From: an uncultured Chloroflexia bacterium | GTDB lineage: Bacteria > Chloroflexota > Anaerolineae > CG2-30-64-16 | Length of the DNA: 64,000 nucleotides | Direction: 5' to 3' | Assembly: GCA_963774265.1 (NCBI GenBank) | Contig: CAVZDU010000003.1 | Location: 480,001 to 544,000 of the forward strand | In this document: positions 32,507 through 42,745 of the stretch, one piece after another | Layout: every line of letters starts with the position of its first letter | How positions within the stretch are numbered: position 1 is the first letter of the stretch | The notes under the pieces: generated by a model | What the model was told of the DNA's origin: nothing | Seen by the model: the letters and a program-made list of their open reading frames with translations, nothing else | The model's database searches: none | Made by a program: the position numbers and the translations under genes

Positions 32507-33250
32507 CTAATTCCCCAGCCTCGCCAGCAAGGCAACTGTCGCATCCACCACCTGCGCCTGCTGCGCCTCGCGGCTGATACTGGCAACGCCGTCGCCACCT
32601 TGTGGGCCATACCACCCCATCTGGGCGTGGTTGCCGCCCTCAATCGGCACGAACTGCGTGTCGGCCGGCAACAGCGGCCGGGAAGCGGCGATCTTTGCGC
32701 GGGTTGCCAGGCCGTCTTGCGTGCCGTAGATCGAGACAGTTGCCAGCCGGCGGCCTGCCAGGCTGTTGTTGCCGGCCGGGTAGGCCGCCCACAACACCAG
32801 CCCCTGCACGGCATCCGGGTGCGTGTAAGCGAAGTTGGCGGCCATCGCACCGCCCAGGCTGTGGCCGCCGATCGCCCACTGCTCAACCTCCGGATGTGCG
32901 GCGATCACCGCCTCGGCTGCGGCCGGCCTGAACACCGCCAGATTGAACGGCACGGGCACGATCACTGCCAGGTATCCCTGCGCGGTGATCGCGCGGGCGG
33001 CCGGCGCATAACTGCGAGCATCCACGCGGCCGCCGGGGTAGAAGATGAAGCCCGTGGTCGGCTGCCTCGCCGCGGGCACGAAGGTCAGCCACGGCGCGCT
33101 CGTGACCTGAACCGCGGCATCAGACCGAAGCGCGGTGGTTGCCTCGGGCAGCGGTCCCAGCGGTGTGTACGCCCAGGCGGCAAATCCCGCACCACCCACG
33201 AGCAGTGCGACCAGCAGGATAACCAGAACGCGTTTCAAGATGCGCATCAC
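32507..33250 (-). CDS. Alpha/beta hydrolase (Abhydrolase_5-like)
   Basis: YPGG, GGHSLGG, GTQDG and GGNHAQ catalytic motifs. Confidence 0.88.
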   Translation of the reverse strand: MMRILKRVLVILLVALLVGGAGFAAWAYTPLGPLPEATTALRSDAAVQVTSAPWLTFVPAARQPTTGFIFYPGGRVDARSYAPAARAITAQGYLAVIVPVPFNLAVFRPAAAEAVIAAHPEVEQWAIGGHSLGGAMAANFAYTHPDAVQGLVLWAAYPAGNNSLAGRRLATVSIYGTQDGLATRAKIAASRPLLPADTQFVPIEGGNHAQMGWYGPQGGDGVASISREAQQAQVVDATVALLARLGN

Positions 33251-33254
33251 CTTG

Positions 33255-33385
33255 CCTGTGGGCTGGCGGGCAACGGCTCCGGGCTGGCCGGCGGCCGAAG
33301 CGGTCCGACAGGCGGCCCATCAAGGGCGCGCCGATGAATTGCGCGGTGGCATAGGAAGATATTGAGAAGACAAGAACGTTTCACC
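33255..33385 (-). pseudogene. TetA-like MFS transporter stub
   Basis: SYATAQFIGAPLMGRLSDRFGRRP (MFS motif A) in a ~130-bp stub. Confidence 0.65.
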
Positions 33386-33463
33386 GATGACCTCTCCGCT
33401 CACCGTGGCTCCCCGCGGCGTTGCGTGTCTGTGGGGCCCTGCTTTACAAACCGGCGTTACGAT

Positions 33464-33479
33464 GTATAATTCATTATAC
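33464..33479. promoter_or_regulatory. Palindromic operator overlapping a -10 box, probable MarR site
   Basis: GTATAAT-TC-ATTATAC between the divergent MFS stub and marR; TTTACA 16 nt upstream of TATAAT. Confidence 0.55.
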
Positions 33480-33511
33480 TGAATATTTCACCAAAGTAAA
33501 GTATGGGCGCC

Positions 33512-33817
33512 ATGAACGACCGCGAAGCAACACAAGCCATCTTGGACTGGACCGCCATCTTCATGCGGCTGTCAATGAACGACTTCCTCCGCTTCGCGCG
33601 CGGCTCCGGGCTGTCGTGGGCGCAGATGGCGGTGATGATCCTCCTCCACTACCGGGGCCCGCGCGAGGCGATGGCGTGCGGCGAGCTTCTGCAGCTATCG
33701 CCCGCGGGCGCCAGCCAGATGATCGAGCGGCTGGTGCAGCAAGGGCTGGTGCAGCGCGGGCAGCCCAGAGAGAACCAGCGCGCGTTCAGGCGTAACGCCG
33801 GACACTCGGCTCTCTGA
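33512..33817 (+). pseudogene. MarR-family regulator, 3'-truncated
   Basis: GLSWAQM...ELLQLSPAGASQMIERLVQQGLVQR; similarity is lost before the wing. Confidence 0.75.
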
Positions 33818-33825
33818 TTTCACAC

Positions 33826-34245
33826 ATCAGCCGAATCAGGCTCTTGCGGTGCAACTCGGTCACGTGGACCATCTCATCCAGTATGCGACTCGCGCGCTAT
33901 GATGCGCCCGGACGTAACGCAGGCGCATGCGCAGCCGATATTTGTGGCGTTTGTTGATCGTCATTTTGTCTTCAGCAGGCATAGGCCCTCGGTAACATTT
34001 TCATTTGACCTAGCTATACCTGCTTCGGTAACATTCTAGCTGGCCTAACGCGGTCACGTGGACCATCTCATCCAGCAACCGGCTGCGCTCGCTACGGTGC
34101 GCCTGCACATAACGCAGACGCATGCGCAGCAGACACTTGCGGCGTTCGTTGATTGTCATTTTGTCTTCAGCAGGCATAGGCCCTCGGTAACATTTTCATT
34201 TGGCCTAACTATACCTGCTTCGGTAACATTTTAGCTGGCCTAACG
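33826..34245 (-). mobile_element. Two tandem ~194-bp copies of an IS end plus transposase N-terminus
   Basis: Copies at 33857-34050 and 34051-34245; MPAEDKMTINERRK...ERSRLLDEMVHVT; four TCGGTAACATT motifs. Confidence 0.7.
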
Positions 34246-34365
34246 CGACGCCTGGCTTCCCCCGAGCGGCCGTGCTATACTGATTTCACGCGGACAAATG
34301 GCCGGCAGCAGTGTGTCCCCGCTGGCGGTCCAATGCGCCCCATGTCCTTCGTCGGGAGGTGACTT

Positions 34366-34917
34366 ATGCGAGATCGCTTCCTCAAGCAGACGAAACGTGA
34401 ATACAGTCCCCGCCAGCGGGCGGCGCTGCTGGCGGCCGCCGGCGTGCTCTTCATAGTCATCCTGCCGTGGGCCCTCGTCCGCCTGGGCGGACGGCTGGAT
34501 CGCCTGCTGGATTGGCCGGCGCTAGTCCACCCGCCGGTGAACGCCATCGCCGGCGGGCTGATGATCCTGGCCGGCTGGCTGCTCGGCATATGGTCCAACT
34601 ACCTCCAGTTTACCCTGGGCCGGGGCACACCGGTGCCCGTGATGGCCACGCAGAAGCTGATCATCCGGCCGCCCTACGCCTACTGCCGCAACCCCATGGC
34701 CCTCGGCGCGATCATCGCCTACTCGGGCGTGAGCGTGGTCATGGGATCGCTGGGCGCCGCACTGCTGGTGCTTCTGGGCGCAGTTGCGCTGTTGACCTAC
34801 ATCAAGGTCGTGGAGGAGCAGGAGATGGTGGCGCGTTTCGGCGAGGAGTACCTGGCCTATCGGCGCCAAGTGCCGTTCCTGATCCCGAGGCTGAGACGGC
34901 GCAGGACCGAGGAGTAA
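34366..34917 (+). CDS. Isoprenylcysteine carboxylmethyltransferase/PEMT family protein
   Basis: GRGTPVP, PYAYCRNPM and EE...RFGEEY..Y...VP motifs. Confidence 0.88.
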   Translation: MRDRFLKQTKREYSPRQRAALLAAAGVLFIVILPWALVRLGGRLDRLLDWPALVHPPVNAIAGGLMILAGWLLGIWSNYLQFTLGRGTPVPVMATQKLIIRPPYAYCRNPMALGAIIAYSGVSVVMGSLGAALLVLLGAVALLTYIKVVEEQEMVARFGEEYLAYRRQVPFLIPRLRRRRTEE

Positions 34918-34920
34918 CCT

Positions 34921-35937
34921 ATGTCGTGGCAAGCGCAACTCAAAGCCGATCCAGTGCCGTGGCTCCTGGACACGAACGCGCCGGGCGTGCGCTACCTGGC
35001 GTTGCGCGACCTGCTCGACCTGGCGCCGGACGACCCGCAGCTCGCGGCCGCCCGCCGCGCGGCGCATCAGGCCGGACCGATTGCGGCCATCCTTGACCAG
35101 ATGGATCGCAGCGGGTTTCTGGGCCGAGCCTGGTCCCGGCTACCTGCCCAAGTACCGGTCAACCGTCTGGTCGGTCATCACTCTGGCGCAACTGGGCGCC
35201 TCCATCGACGAAGACGAGCGCATCGGACGGGCGTGCGCCTACGTCCTGGACCACGCGCTCGAACCCGGGCGGCCAGTTCTCGATATCCGGCCCACCCTCC
35301 GGCACGGTGGACTGCCTGCAGGGCAACCTGTGCTGGGCCTTGCTCGAGCTGGGCTGCGGCGATCCCCGGCTGGAGACCGCGTTCGACTGGCTGGCGCGCA
35401 GCGTCACCGGCGAGGGCATCGCGCCGATGACAGAGCGAGCCGCGCCGGTGCGCTACTATGCCGGCAAGTGCGGGCCGGACTTCGCCTGCGGAGCCAACAA
35501 CAAGCTGCCGTGTGCCTGGGGCGCGGTCAAGGTGATGCTGGCGCTGGGCAGGTGGCCCGCGAGCGGCGGACGCCGGTCATGGAACGGGCCATCGAGCATG
35601 GCGTCGCCTTCCTGTTGGGCATCGGACCCCGCACTGGCCGAGTACCCCAACGGCTACAGCGACAAGCCGAGCGGCAACTGGTGGAAGTTCGGCTTCCCCG
35701 TCTTCTACGTCACCGACCTGCTGCAGATCGTCGAGGCGCTGGTCGCGCTGGGCTACGGCCGCGACCCGCGCCTGGCCCACGCGCTCGACGTCATCCGGGA
35801 GAAGCAGGATGCCGCCGGCCGCTGGCCGCTGGAGCTATGATTACACCGGCAAGACCTGGGTCGACTTCGGGCCGAAGAAGCAGCCCAACCCGTGGGTCAC
35901 GCTGCGGGCGTTGCGGGTGCTGAAGGCCGTGGCGTAA
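34921..35937 (+). CDS. Prenyltransferase/squalene-cyclase-repeat-like protein (several frameshifts)
   Basis: PWLLD..PGVRY, PKYRSTVW, FGFPVFY, KQDAAGRW and PNPWVTLRAL pieces in shifting frames. Confidence 0.7.
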
Positions 35938-35960
35938 GCAAGGGTGATAAGGAGGAAGCC

Positions 35961-36605
35961 ATGTCAGTCCTGAACCGTATCGCTGCTGCACAGGGCCGCC
36001 GCGACGAGGCGCCCAACCAGGAGCTGGCGCGCGACCTGGCCGAGCGGGAGTATCGCGCCGGCATCCGCGAGCTGGTCGCCAACCTGCACCACGCCGACCA
36101 GAACGTGCGGAGCGACTGCCTGAAGACCCTGTACGAGGTCGGCTATCTCAAGCCCGAGCTGATCGCCGACTACACCGGCGAGTTCGTCCGCATGTTGCGC
36201 GACCGCAACAACCGCATGGTCTGGGGCAGCATGATGGCACTCGCCACCATCGCACCCCTCCGCCCTGAGGAGCTGTTCCAGCAGCGCCAACGCATCCAGG
36301 ACGCGATGGCCGAAGGCTCGGTGATCACATTGGATAACGGCGTCAAGGTCCTGGCCGCGGTTGCGGCGGCGGACGATGCTTACCGGGCCGAGCTGCTCCC
36401 CTACCTGGTCCACCACCTGCAGACCTGCCGGCCGAAGGATGTGCCCCAGCACGCTGAGGCGATCGTGCTGGCTGTGGACGCGGCGCACGCGGACGCGTTC
36501 GTCGCCGCGCTCGAGCGCCGGCTGGCGGTGATGAGCGCCGCGCAGGGCGCGCGCTTGCGGAGGGTGATGAGGCAAGCGGGGGCGGGCAGAAGCGCGGCAC
36601 AATGA
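35961..36605 (+). CDS. HEAT/ARM-like hypothetical protein
   Basis: AAGGAGG RBS; GRRDEAPNQELA, SDCLK and NNRMVWG motifs. Confidence 0.7.
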   Translation: MSVLNRIAAAQGRRDEAPNQELARDLAEREYRAGIRELVANLHHADQNVRSDCLKTLYEVGYLKPELIADYTGEFVRMLRDRNNRMVWGSMMALATIAPLRPEELFQQRQRIQDAMAEGSVITLDNGVKVLAAVAAADDAYRAELLPYLVHHLQTCRPKDVPQHAEAIVLAVDAAHADAFVAALERRLAVMSAAQGARLRRVMRQAGAGRSAAQ

Positions 36606-36689
36606 CCTATGCCGGACGGGTGCGTTACCATCTGCTGCCACAAGTATTGCTGCTCCAGATACCCGCAGAACACCGACGAAAGGAGCATT

Positions 36690-37010
36690 GATGGAGATCC
36701 TGATCAGAAACGAACGCGAAGAGGACACCCGTGTTGTTGAAGAGGTGACAAGAGAAGCCTTTTGGAACCTCTATTCTCCGGGCTCAGGGGGAACTCCTTG
36801 ATATGGCATCCTTTGGCCCCGTGAGCGTGTACACCCTGAGTATCAGAGACAGGGTATTGGATCCAGGCTGATTCAGCACTCACTTTTTGCCGCCAAGGGC
36901 CTCGGCCGCACAATTACTGTAAGCACGGCTTCAGGAGCGGGAGGGACCTGGCAATCAGCGACAGCAACGGGGACTATCCCTATGGATTGCTTGCTCTACA
37001 GCCAGGAGAT
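36690..37010 (+). pseudogene. Internally deleted GNAT acetyltransferase (YhbS-like)
   Basis: MEILIRNE..EVTREAFWNLYSPG, then FGPVSV, PEYQRQGIGS and NYCKHGF pieces with the intervening parts missing. Confidence 0.7.
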
Positions 37011-37074
37011 ATTCTCCATCGCTCTTCGCTCCTTTTTGCGATGAAATACCTGGAGGAGATCAGAGATGTTCGAA

Positions 37075-38049
37075 ATGAACCAAGCTCCAACCACAGAGTC
37101 CAGTCACTTTCGACTTCAACCGTTGGCCGAAGGTGTCTTCGCCGCCATTGCCACGAACGGTGGATCGGCCATCTGCAACGCGGGCATCATCGATCTCGGG
37201 GGACAGGCGCTGGTTTACGACACCTTTCTGACGCCCCAAGCCGCCAGGGATCTCCGGCAGGCGATCGCCGACCGCTTCGGGCCGATATCCTGCATCGTGG
37301 TCAACAGCCACTATCACAACGATCATATTTGGGGTAACCAGGTCTTCGCGGCCGATGCACAGATCGTTTCCAGTCGTCGCACTCGCGAACTGATTGCGAC
37401 CGAAGGAGCGGACGAGTTTAAGTGGTATTCGGCCAATTCTGCTCAGCGGCTTGAAGCTCTCCGCGCGCAATATCAGACCGCGGACGAACAGCAACGGCAG
37501 GAGTTGCTGCTGTGGATGGGCGAATATGGCGGGATTGCCGAGGCCTTACCGCACCTGACGGTATGCATGCCCAACATCACTTTCGATGACCACCTGGAGA
37601 TTCATGGCTCCAGATACACGGCCGAGTTGATCGCCTATGAGGGTGGCCACACAGGACACGACACAGTTCTTCATCTCCCCCAGGCAGGCATCGTGTTCAT
37701 GAGCGACCTGCTTTTCGTCGGTTTCCATCCTTATCTCGCCGATGGCAATCCGGCGCAACTGCTGAAGGCTTTGCAGGCAGTCAGCCAACTGAATGCGACT
37801 TGCTTCGTGCCCGGCCACGGACCGGTGGGGACTGCAGACGATCTCAAGCTGATGATCGCATATGTCGAGGATTGCCAGGCAACGGCGCGCGCGCTGGTGG
37901 ATGGCGGACATGCTTCCGAAGGCGAGCTCGATCAACTGCGCGTTCCTGAAAGATATGCCGATTGGCTTCTGCCGCGCTTCTACAATTCCAACATCCGCTT
38001 CATGTGCGGCCAATTGACCGGCCAGATCCTGCCGTCTTTGACACAATAG
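37075..38049 (+). CDS. MBL-fold metallo-hydrolase
   Basis: NSHYHNDHIWGN, GHTGHD, SDL and VPGHG motifs. Confidence 0.9.
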   Translation: MNQAPTTESSHFRLQPLAEGVFAAIATNGGSAICNAGIIDLGGQALVYDTFLTPQAARDLRQAIADRFGPISCIVVNSHYHNDHIWGNQVFAADAQIVSSRRTRELIATEGADEFKWYSANSAQRLEALRAQYQTADEQQRQELLLWMGEYGGIAEALPHLTVCMPNITFDDHLEIHGSRYTAELIAYEGGHTGHDTVLHLPQAGIVFMSDLLFVGFHPYLADGNPAQLLKALQAVSQLNATCFVPGHGPVGTADDLKLMIAYVEDCQATARALVDGGHASEGELDQLRVPERYADWLLPRFYNSNIRFMCGQLTGQILPSLTQ

Positions 38050-38093
38050 GTGCTGACCTGGCTATCACTGCCGTTCAAGGATGGTGAACTCGC

Positions 38094-38663
38094 ATGAATC
38101 CGCTGCTGCTTGATCTCCCGACGGAATTTGTTTCCGAGCGACTCCTGCTCCGCTGTTACCGCCCTGGCGACGGCGCGCTGTACTTCGACATGCTACGCGC
38201 GAACTGGGACCACTTGTTTGAATTCCTGGCGCCATCCCACCTGGCGGTGCAAAGCGAGGAGATGGCTGAGGAACTCATTCGCCGGTTAATGGCCGACTGG
38301 ACTTTACGCAACCTGTTCATCTTCGGGATCTGGGAGAAGGAGAGCGGGGTCTATGTGGGCGAGAGCTATCTGGCGAATGCGGATTGGGATGTTCCCCGCA
38401 TCGAAGTCGGGTATTTTGTCGTCCAGTCGCAGACCGGGAAAGGCTACGCGACGGAAGCTGCGCGCGCCACAGTGCGGTTTGCCTTCGAGCACCTGGGGGT
38501 TCTGCGGGTCGAGTTGCAGTGCCGGGCGGACAATCAGGCAAGCAAGCGGGTGGTTGAACGCTGCGGCTTTGTGTATGAGGGGCGCATGCGCCAGAGGCAT
38601 CGCAAGAAGGCCGGCGACCTGGTCGATGTGCTCTGGTATGGACTGCTCCGTTCAGATGCATGA
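38094..38663 (+). CDS. GNAT acetyltransferase (RimJ/RimL-like)
   Basis: SERLLLR, GKGYATEA and N.AS..V.ERCGF..EG motifs. Confidence 0.9.
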   Translation: MNPLLLDLPTEFVSERLLLRCYRPGDGALYFDMLRANWDHLFEFLAPSHLAVQSEEMAEELIRRLMADWTLRNLFIFGIWEKESGVYVGESYLANADWDVPRIEVGYFVVQSQTGKGYATEAARATVRFAFEHLGVLRVELQCRADNQASKRVVERCGFVYEGRMRQRHRKKAGDLVDVLWYGLLRSDA

Positions 38664-38761
38664 CCGCCAGAAAACAAACGTGAGGGCGATCAACCTGGCC
38701 GCCGGCATCGCGCTGGCCGCCACCAGCGCGCACGGCGCCAGCGGCCGCTACACCCTCAAAC

Positions 38762-38805
38762 ACCTTGAAAATCCTGCTTGACATGCGGGATTTTCAAGGT
38801 ATAAC
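38762..38805 (+). promoter_or_regulatory. Sigma70-like promoter embedded in a 13-bp inverted repeat
   Basis: ACCTTGAAAATCC...TTGACA...GGATTTTCAAGGT, then TATAAC; ATG at 38812. Confidence 0.6.
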
Positions 38806-38811
38806 GGTGTC

Positions 38812-38915
38812 ATGATCGAACGCACCGCCCTCCAAGACACGATTCAGTAAGGGCTGACGCGCAGCCGCGTCGTCGCGCTCATCGGCCCGCGCCAGTGCGG
38901 GAAGACGACCCCGGC
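38812..38915 (+). pseudogene. AAA_14-type ATPase N-terminal stub
   Basis: MIERTALQDTIQ*GLTRSRVVALIGPRQCGKTT with an in-frame stop. Confidence 0.7.
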
Positions 38916-39049
38916 GACTGACGATGTCCGTTGGCAGACCGCGTGACGGTCACGCCCCTGACAGCCATCGCAACCGGTGCGCAGGCGCTTGACCCGGGGG
39001 CGGCGACCTGATGCCGGCCGCCCAAGGCTGCTCCCTATCTGCTGTTCTG

Positions 39050-39277
39050 AAGATGTCACTGCCTATCATTTCAAAGGGCAACCACGAGGCATGGGTCACG
39101 ACCGGTCTGCCGCATATGATCAGCGGGACGATCCGGGGCGTACGCCTGGTCGTCGTACACTTCGCGCTGGCCGCGGATGGCAGCTCGCTCGTGGCCGAGA
39201 GCCCGCGTTGGGGTGATGTCGAGATCCTGGACCTCTTCGCCGACACGCCCGGCGATTTGGTGTGCTTTGGCGCATGA
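39050..39277 (+). pseudogene. Possible metallophosphoesterase remnant
   Basis: KGNHE, VVVH and DLVCFG(H) motifs in the expected order but compressed. Confidence 0.4.
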
Positions 39278-39948
39278 TCCAACAGCGTTCGGCAAGAGCG
39301 ATTTGCCTGTTCATCCTGTGTTTCTTCGCAGCTTGGACGGTGCGCGCCACTTATCTCTATGGGATCGACGATGCCATCGCCTCAGATGCGCTGCGCACCG
39401 TCTACTCGCTCGTGGTCAAGCTGCTCCTGTGGGGCGTGCCGGCGTTCGGTTATGCGCGCTGGGTGCGGCGGCAATCACCGTTTCGCTATCTGGGCCTTGC
39501 AACCCTGCCCTCCGCCCGGCAGTGGCTCAAGTACCTCATCATCATCGGACTTCTCCTGGGTGCGCAGGTTGGTTTTGAAACCATCGTGGGAGGCAGGCGG
39601 GTTCCCCTGATCGGCGTTCATGCTGCGCTCACGGCGCCCGGCCTGCTCGCGCTCGCCGCCTCGGCATTCCTTGAAGAGCTGCTGTTTCGTGGGCTGCTGT
39701 TACATGAGCTGGCAGCGCTGCTGTCGCGCTGGGGCGCCGTGCTGCTGAACTCGCTGCTCTTTGTCGGGATTCATCTGCCCTTCTGGTTGTCGCACGGTGG
39801 CCTGAGCGCGACGATGCTGACCAATGCGGGGGGTGTCTTCCTCTTCAGCCTGCTGGCCGGGTGGCTCTACCTCGACAGCGCGTCCATCTGGCCGCCGACC
39901 CTGACGCACATCGCCAATAACTGCCTCGCGACCGTCTTGATCAATTAG
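39274..39948 (+). CDS. CPBP (Abi/CAAX) intramembrane metalloprotease
   Basis: EELLFRG, FVGIH and HIANN motifs. Confidence 0.88.
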   Translation: MIQQRSARAICLFILCFFAAWTVRATYLYGIDDAIASDALRTVYSLVVKLLLWGVPAFGYARWVRRQSPFRYLGLATLPSARQWLKYLIIIGLLLGAQVGFETIVGGRRVPLIGVHAALTAPGLLALAASAFLEELLFRGLLLHELAALLSRWGAVLLNSLLFVGIHLPFWLSHGGLSATMLTNAGGVFLFSLLAGWLYLDSASIWPPTLTHIANNCLATVLIN

Positions 39949-39956
39949 GAGAGCCT

Positions 39957-40913
39957 GTGTTCACATCCCGTTACTACGAATCCGAGCACGACTTACGTCA
40001 GATGCAGGCCATGCTGATGGCCGCGCGGGCGCAAACCGGCGACCGGCGCTATTCGCATCTGGGCGTGGCCACCTTTCGCTTCTTCATGGTGGCTTGCCAC
40101 CTGGACGCACGCCGACACGTCCGGCTCTGGCATGATCAATACGGCCGTTTGATTGCCTACGCGCTGCTGGGCGAGGATCCCGCCTTCGATTGCGAGGTGG
40201 CGCCGGAATATGACGGGGTCGGGCTGGAGGCTGAGGCGCTCGACTGGGCGGAAACGCGTCTCCGCGCGCTCCGCCGGCGCGACGCCAGCCGTTGGGGCGG
40301 GCCTTTGGTCACCGGCGTCCGGCAGGACAATACCGAACGCATCGCGTTTCTGGAGCGGCGCGGCTTCCGGTATCGCGGGGAATTCACCGAAGTCAACATG
40401 CTGCGCTCGTTGGCCGAGCCGCTTCCTCCGGCCGTGCTGCCTGCCGGTTACCAGGTCCGGCCACTGGTGGATAACGCGGCCGAGATCGCCGAGCGCACCG
40501 CGGCTTATCGCGAGGTGTGGCTGCCGTGGACGGACGGCAATATGAGCAACGAGGACTACGCCCACTTCATGCGGCTGCCCGGCTACGACCGCGATCTCGA
40601 CATCGTCGCCGTCACCCTCGGTGACGCCGTCACGCCGGCTGGGGTCGTCGCCGCCCTGGTGACCGGCTGGGCTGACCCGGTCAACCGGATCGGTGAGCTC
40701 GACGCGGTCAGCGCGCGGCAGGCTTACCGCCGGCAGGGCTTCATGCGCGCGGCGCTGCTGGAATGTCTGCGCCGGATGCAGGCGGCCGGGATGAACCGCG
40801 TCTGCGTCTCGACGGGGGAGACGAACACGCCGGCGCGACGACTCTACGAGTCGGTGGGGTTCAGGGTCGTGAACCGGTATCTCGATTACGTGAAACCAGC
40901 AGGTAGGCAATAA
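39957..40913 (+). CDS. Tandem GNAT acetyltransferase
   Basis: FLERRGF; YRRQG...NTPARRLYESVGF. Confidence 0.85.
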   Translation: MFTSRYYESEHDLRQMQAMLMAARAQTGDRRYSHLGVATFRFFMVACHLDARRHVRLWHDQYGRLIAYALLGEDPAFDCEVAPEYDGVGLEAEALDWAETRLRALRRRDASRWGGPLVTGVRQDNTERIAFLERRGFRYRGEFTEVNMLRSLAEPLPPAVLPAGYQVRPLVDNAAEIAERTAAYREVWLPWTDGNMSNEDYAHFMRLPGYDRDLDIVAVTLGDAVTPAGVVAALVTGWADPVNRIGELDAVSARQAYRRQGFMRAALLECLRRMQAAGMNRVCVSTGETNTPARRLYESVGFRVVNRYLDYVKPAGRQ

Positions 40914-41097
40914 AATAGCCGCCTGTCCGGCGGCTCGCTCATAGCAGATGCTACCTCATCGTACACAATTGCGGCGACGTTAGCAGGATGCTGCTTCTCA
41001 GGTTACTCCTCATACTACTCCTAAGGTTCAAGCCGAACTCATGACACTCCCGGGCAGAGACAAGCGACTTCCGGTCGCTCCAGGAGGTCGTTTGGTG

Positions 41098-41601
41098 TCA
41101 GTTGTCTTTGCGGTTTGGCGGTGGCGGGAGGGTCGCGTGGTGATCCCGCCAGCCGCCGGCCTCAGCCGCCACAAGCCGCGCGATGGTCTCTGCCGTAACC
41201 GGTGGCGGGGGCGCTGAACGGTCCGCCACCGCTTCGCCCGCTGCCTGGAAGAACCCTTCGATGCCGGCCGGGGAGAAGGTCGCGAGCAGCCTGGCCGGCG
41301 CCGGTCCGTTCTTGAAGGCATGCACCGTGTCTCGAGGGATATGCACGAAGTCCCCGCCGGAGAGCCGGAACGATTGCCCACCAACCTGGAAAGTCAGCTC
41401 GCCCTCGAGGACGTAAAACTGTTCCTCCTCGAGATGGTGGACGTGCGGAGGCGGGCCGCCGCCCGGGCTCACGGCTACTTCCAGCGTAAAGTAGCTTCCC
41501 CCCGACTCCGCCCCGGTCACGAGATACGTGAACAAATCCCCCATTACCCAGTATGCCTGGCCCGTCCCGGCCGGCCGATACACAATCTCATTTGACATCA
41601 T
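41098..41601 (-). CDS. Cupin-domain protein
   Basis: GPPPHVHHLEEEQFYVLEG and HIPRDTVHAF motifs. Confidence 0.88.
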   Translation of the reverse strand: MMSNEIVYRPAGTGQAYWVMGDLFTYLVTGAESGGSYFTLEVAVSPGGGPPPHVHHLEEEQFYVLEGELTFQVGGQSFRLSGGDFVHIPRDTVHAFKNGPAPARLLATFSPAGIEGFFQAAGEAVADRSAPPPPVTAETIARLVAAEAGGWRDHHATLPPPPNRKDN

Positions 41602-41855
41602 TTCTCACCCTTCTGTCGCTACACAACACGCACCCGGAGCCCGTGCCATGACGCTACAAATACCCCGCTAGTATCACTCAAGACGGCCTCTCATGATGTA
41701 TGTGGCCCCCCCATCCACTTCCGCCCGGCACGCACGCTTCCATCAAGGAGATCGAGGCCAAATTTCCGAATGGAGCAAGCTGCAGTGAGAGCCTGCGCAT
41801 TCATACGCAGGCTCTCACTGGATCCGATACTTCGCGAGTGTCGCCCCGTTCTATT

Positions 41856-42425
41856 CTACATCCCGCTTGGCATCACGATGCTTCCGTCGAATGAACCGGA
41901 GCTCACACCCGTGGCGTTGTTCGCCAGGCGTATCACGACGAAGTTGCCGGTTGCACCGGCGAACCGGCCCGTGCCGCCCATGATCCTATAGGCTTGGGTG
42001 ACCCGATTGAAGCCCGGTTTGTCCGGGACGCCAACACCTTGTCCAAGGCCGTACAGGCCGTCGCCATTGGCAGCAATGAAGTGAACCGAGTCGCCTTGCG
42101 AGCAGCCGCATGCCAGGTCGACCGTCGCCTTGAAAGTGGCGGTGTACTTGCCGAGCTGCGTGGCGTTTCCCGAGGCTTTGCCGTCCACGAACATGAGGGT
42201 GGCGTCCGGCGGGGCAACGGGGGCAAAAGTTGGGGTTTCGGACGAGTCCCAGCTGCCTTTAAAGGGCGTCGCCTTCGTAGTCGGGGCGGCTTGCGCCAGC
42301 CTTACCTCTGCGCCGGTCGGGGCGGCCTGTTGGGACCGCGCGAGCACGGGGGCGGCGAATCCAGCGGTCGTGATCGTCATGGCGACAACCGCAAGCAACG
42401 CAACGAACATCAGACGGGTCTTCAT
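41856..42425 (-). CDS. Secreted beta-rich hypothetical protein
   Basis: AAGGAG RBS, signal peptide, GNATQLG, AANGD and GGTGRFAGATG motifs. Confidence 0.75.
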   Translation of the reverse strand: MKTRLMFVALLAVVAMTITTAGFAAPVLARSQQAAPTGAEVRLAQAAPTTKATPFKGSWDSSETPTFAPVAPPDATLMFVDGKASGNATQLGKYTATFKATVDLACGCSQGDSVHFIAANGDGLYGLGQGVGVPDKPGFNRVTQAYRIMGGTGRFAGATGNFVVIRLANNATGVSSGSFDGSIVMPSGM

Positions 42426-42745
42426 TTTCTTGCTCCTTATGTGTAGGTTGAACAATCTGTTCTGGGTCTCCTTCCAGCGGCGGCGCCCATCACCGGCCCG
42501 GGTGACTGTCCAGGTTTCAGTGATGGTAACGGTGGCAGTGCGCCGGATTCTCTTGCCCATGCCAGTAGCTTACTCGATGGACGGGCTGACATGGAAGCAA
42601 ATTTACTACAAGAATGCTACAATGATGGCACTTTCAAAGACTGACTTGGGGAATTCGGATTCATCTGCTACAATATGCTGAGCAAGATGGCGCTCGGCAA
42701 TCCAATCTGTGCTTGCACTTGTGATATGGGCAAGGAAACGATCTG

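Noticed and set aside
33857-34245. 194-bp repeats with GCCTAAC as integron attC sites or a CRISPR array
   Set aside because: There are only two copies, with no spacers or cas genes, and the reverse strand translates to a transposase-like N-terminus.
40915-40990. GCGGCGACGTTAGCA resembling an attC right end
   Set aside because: No matching RYYYAAC left end and no recurrence between neighbouring genes.
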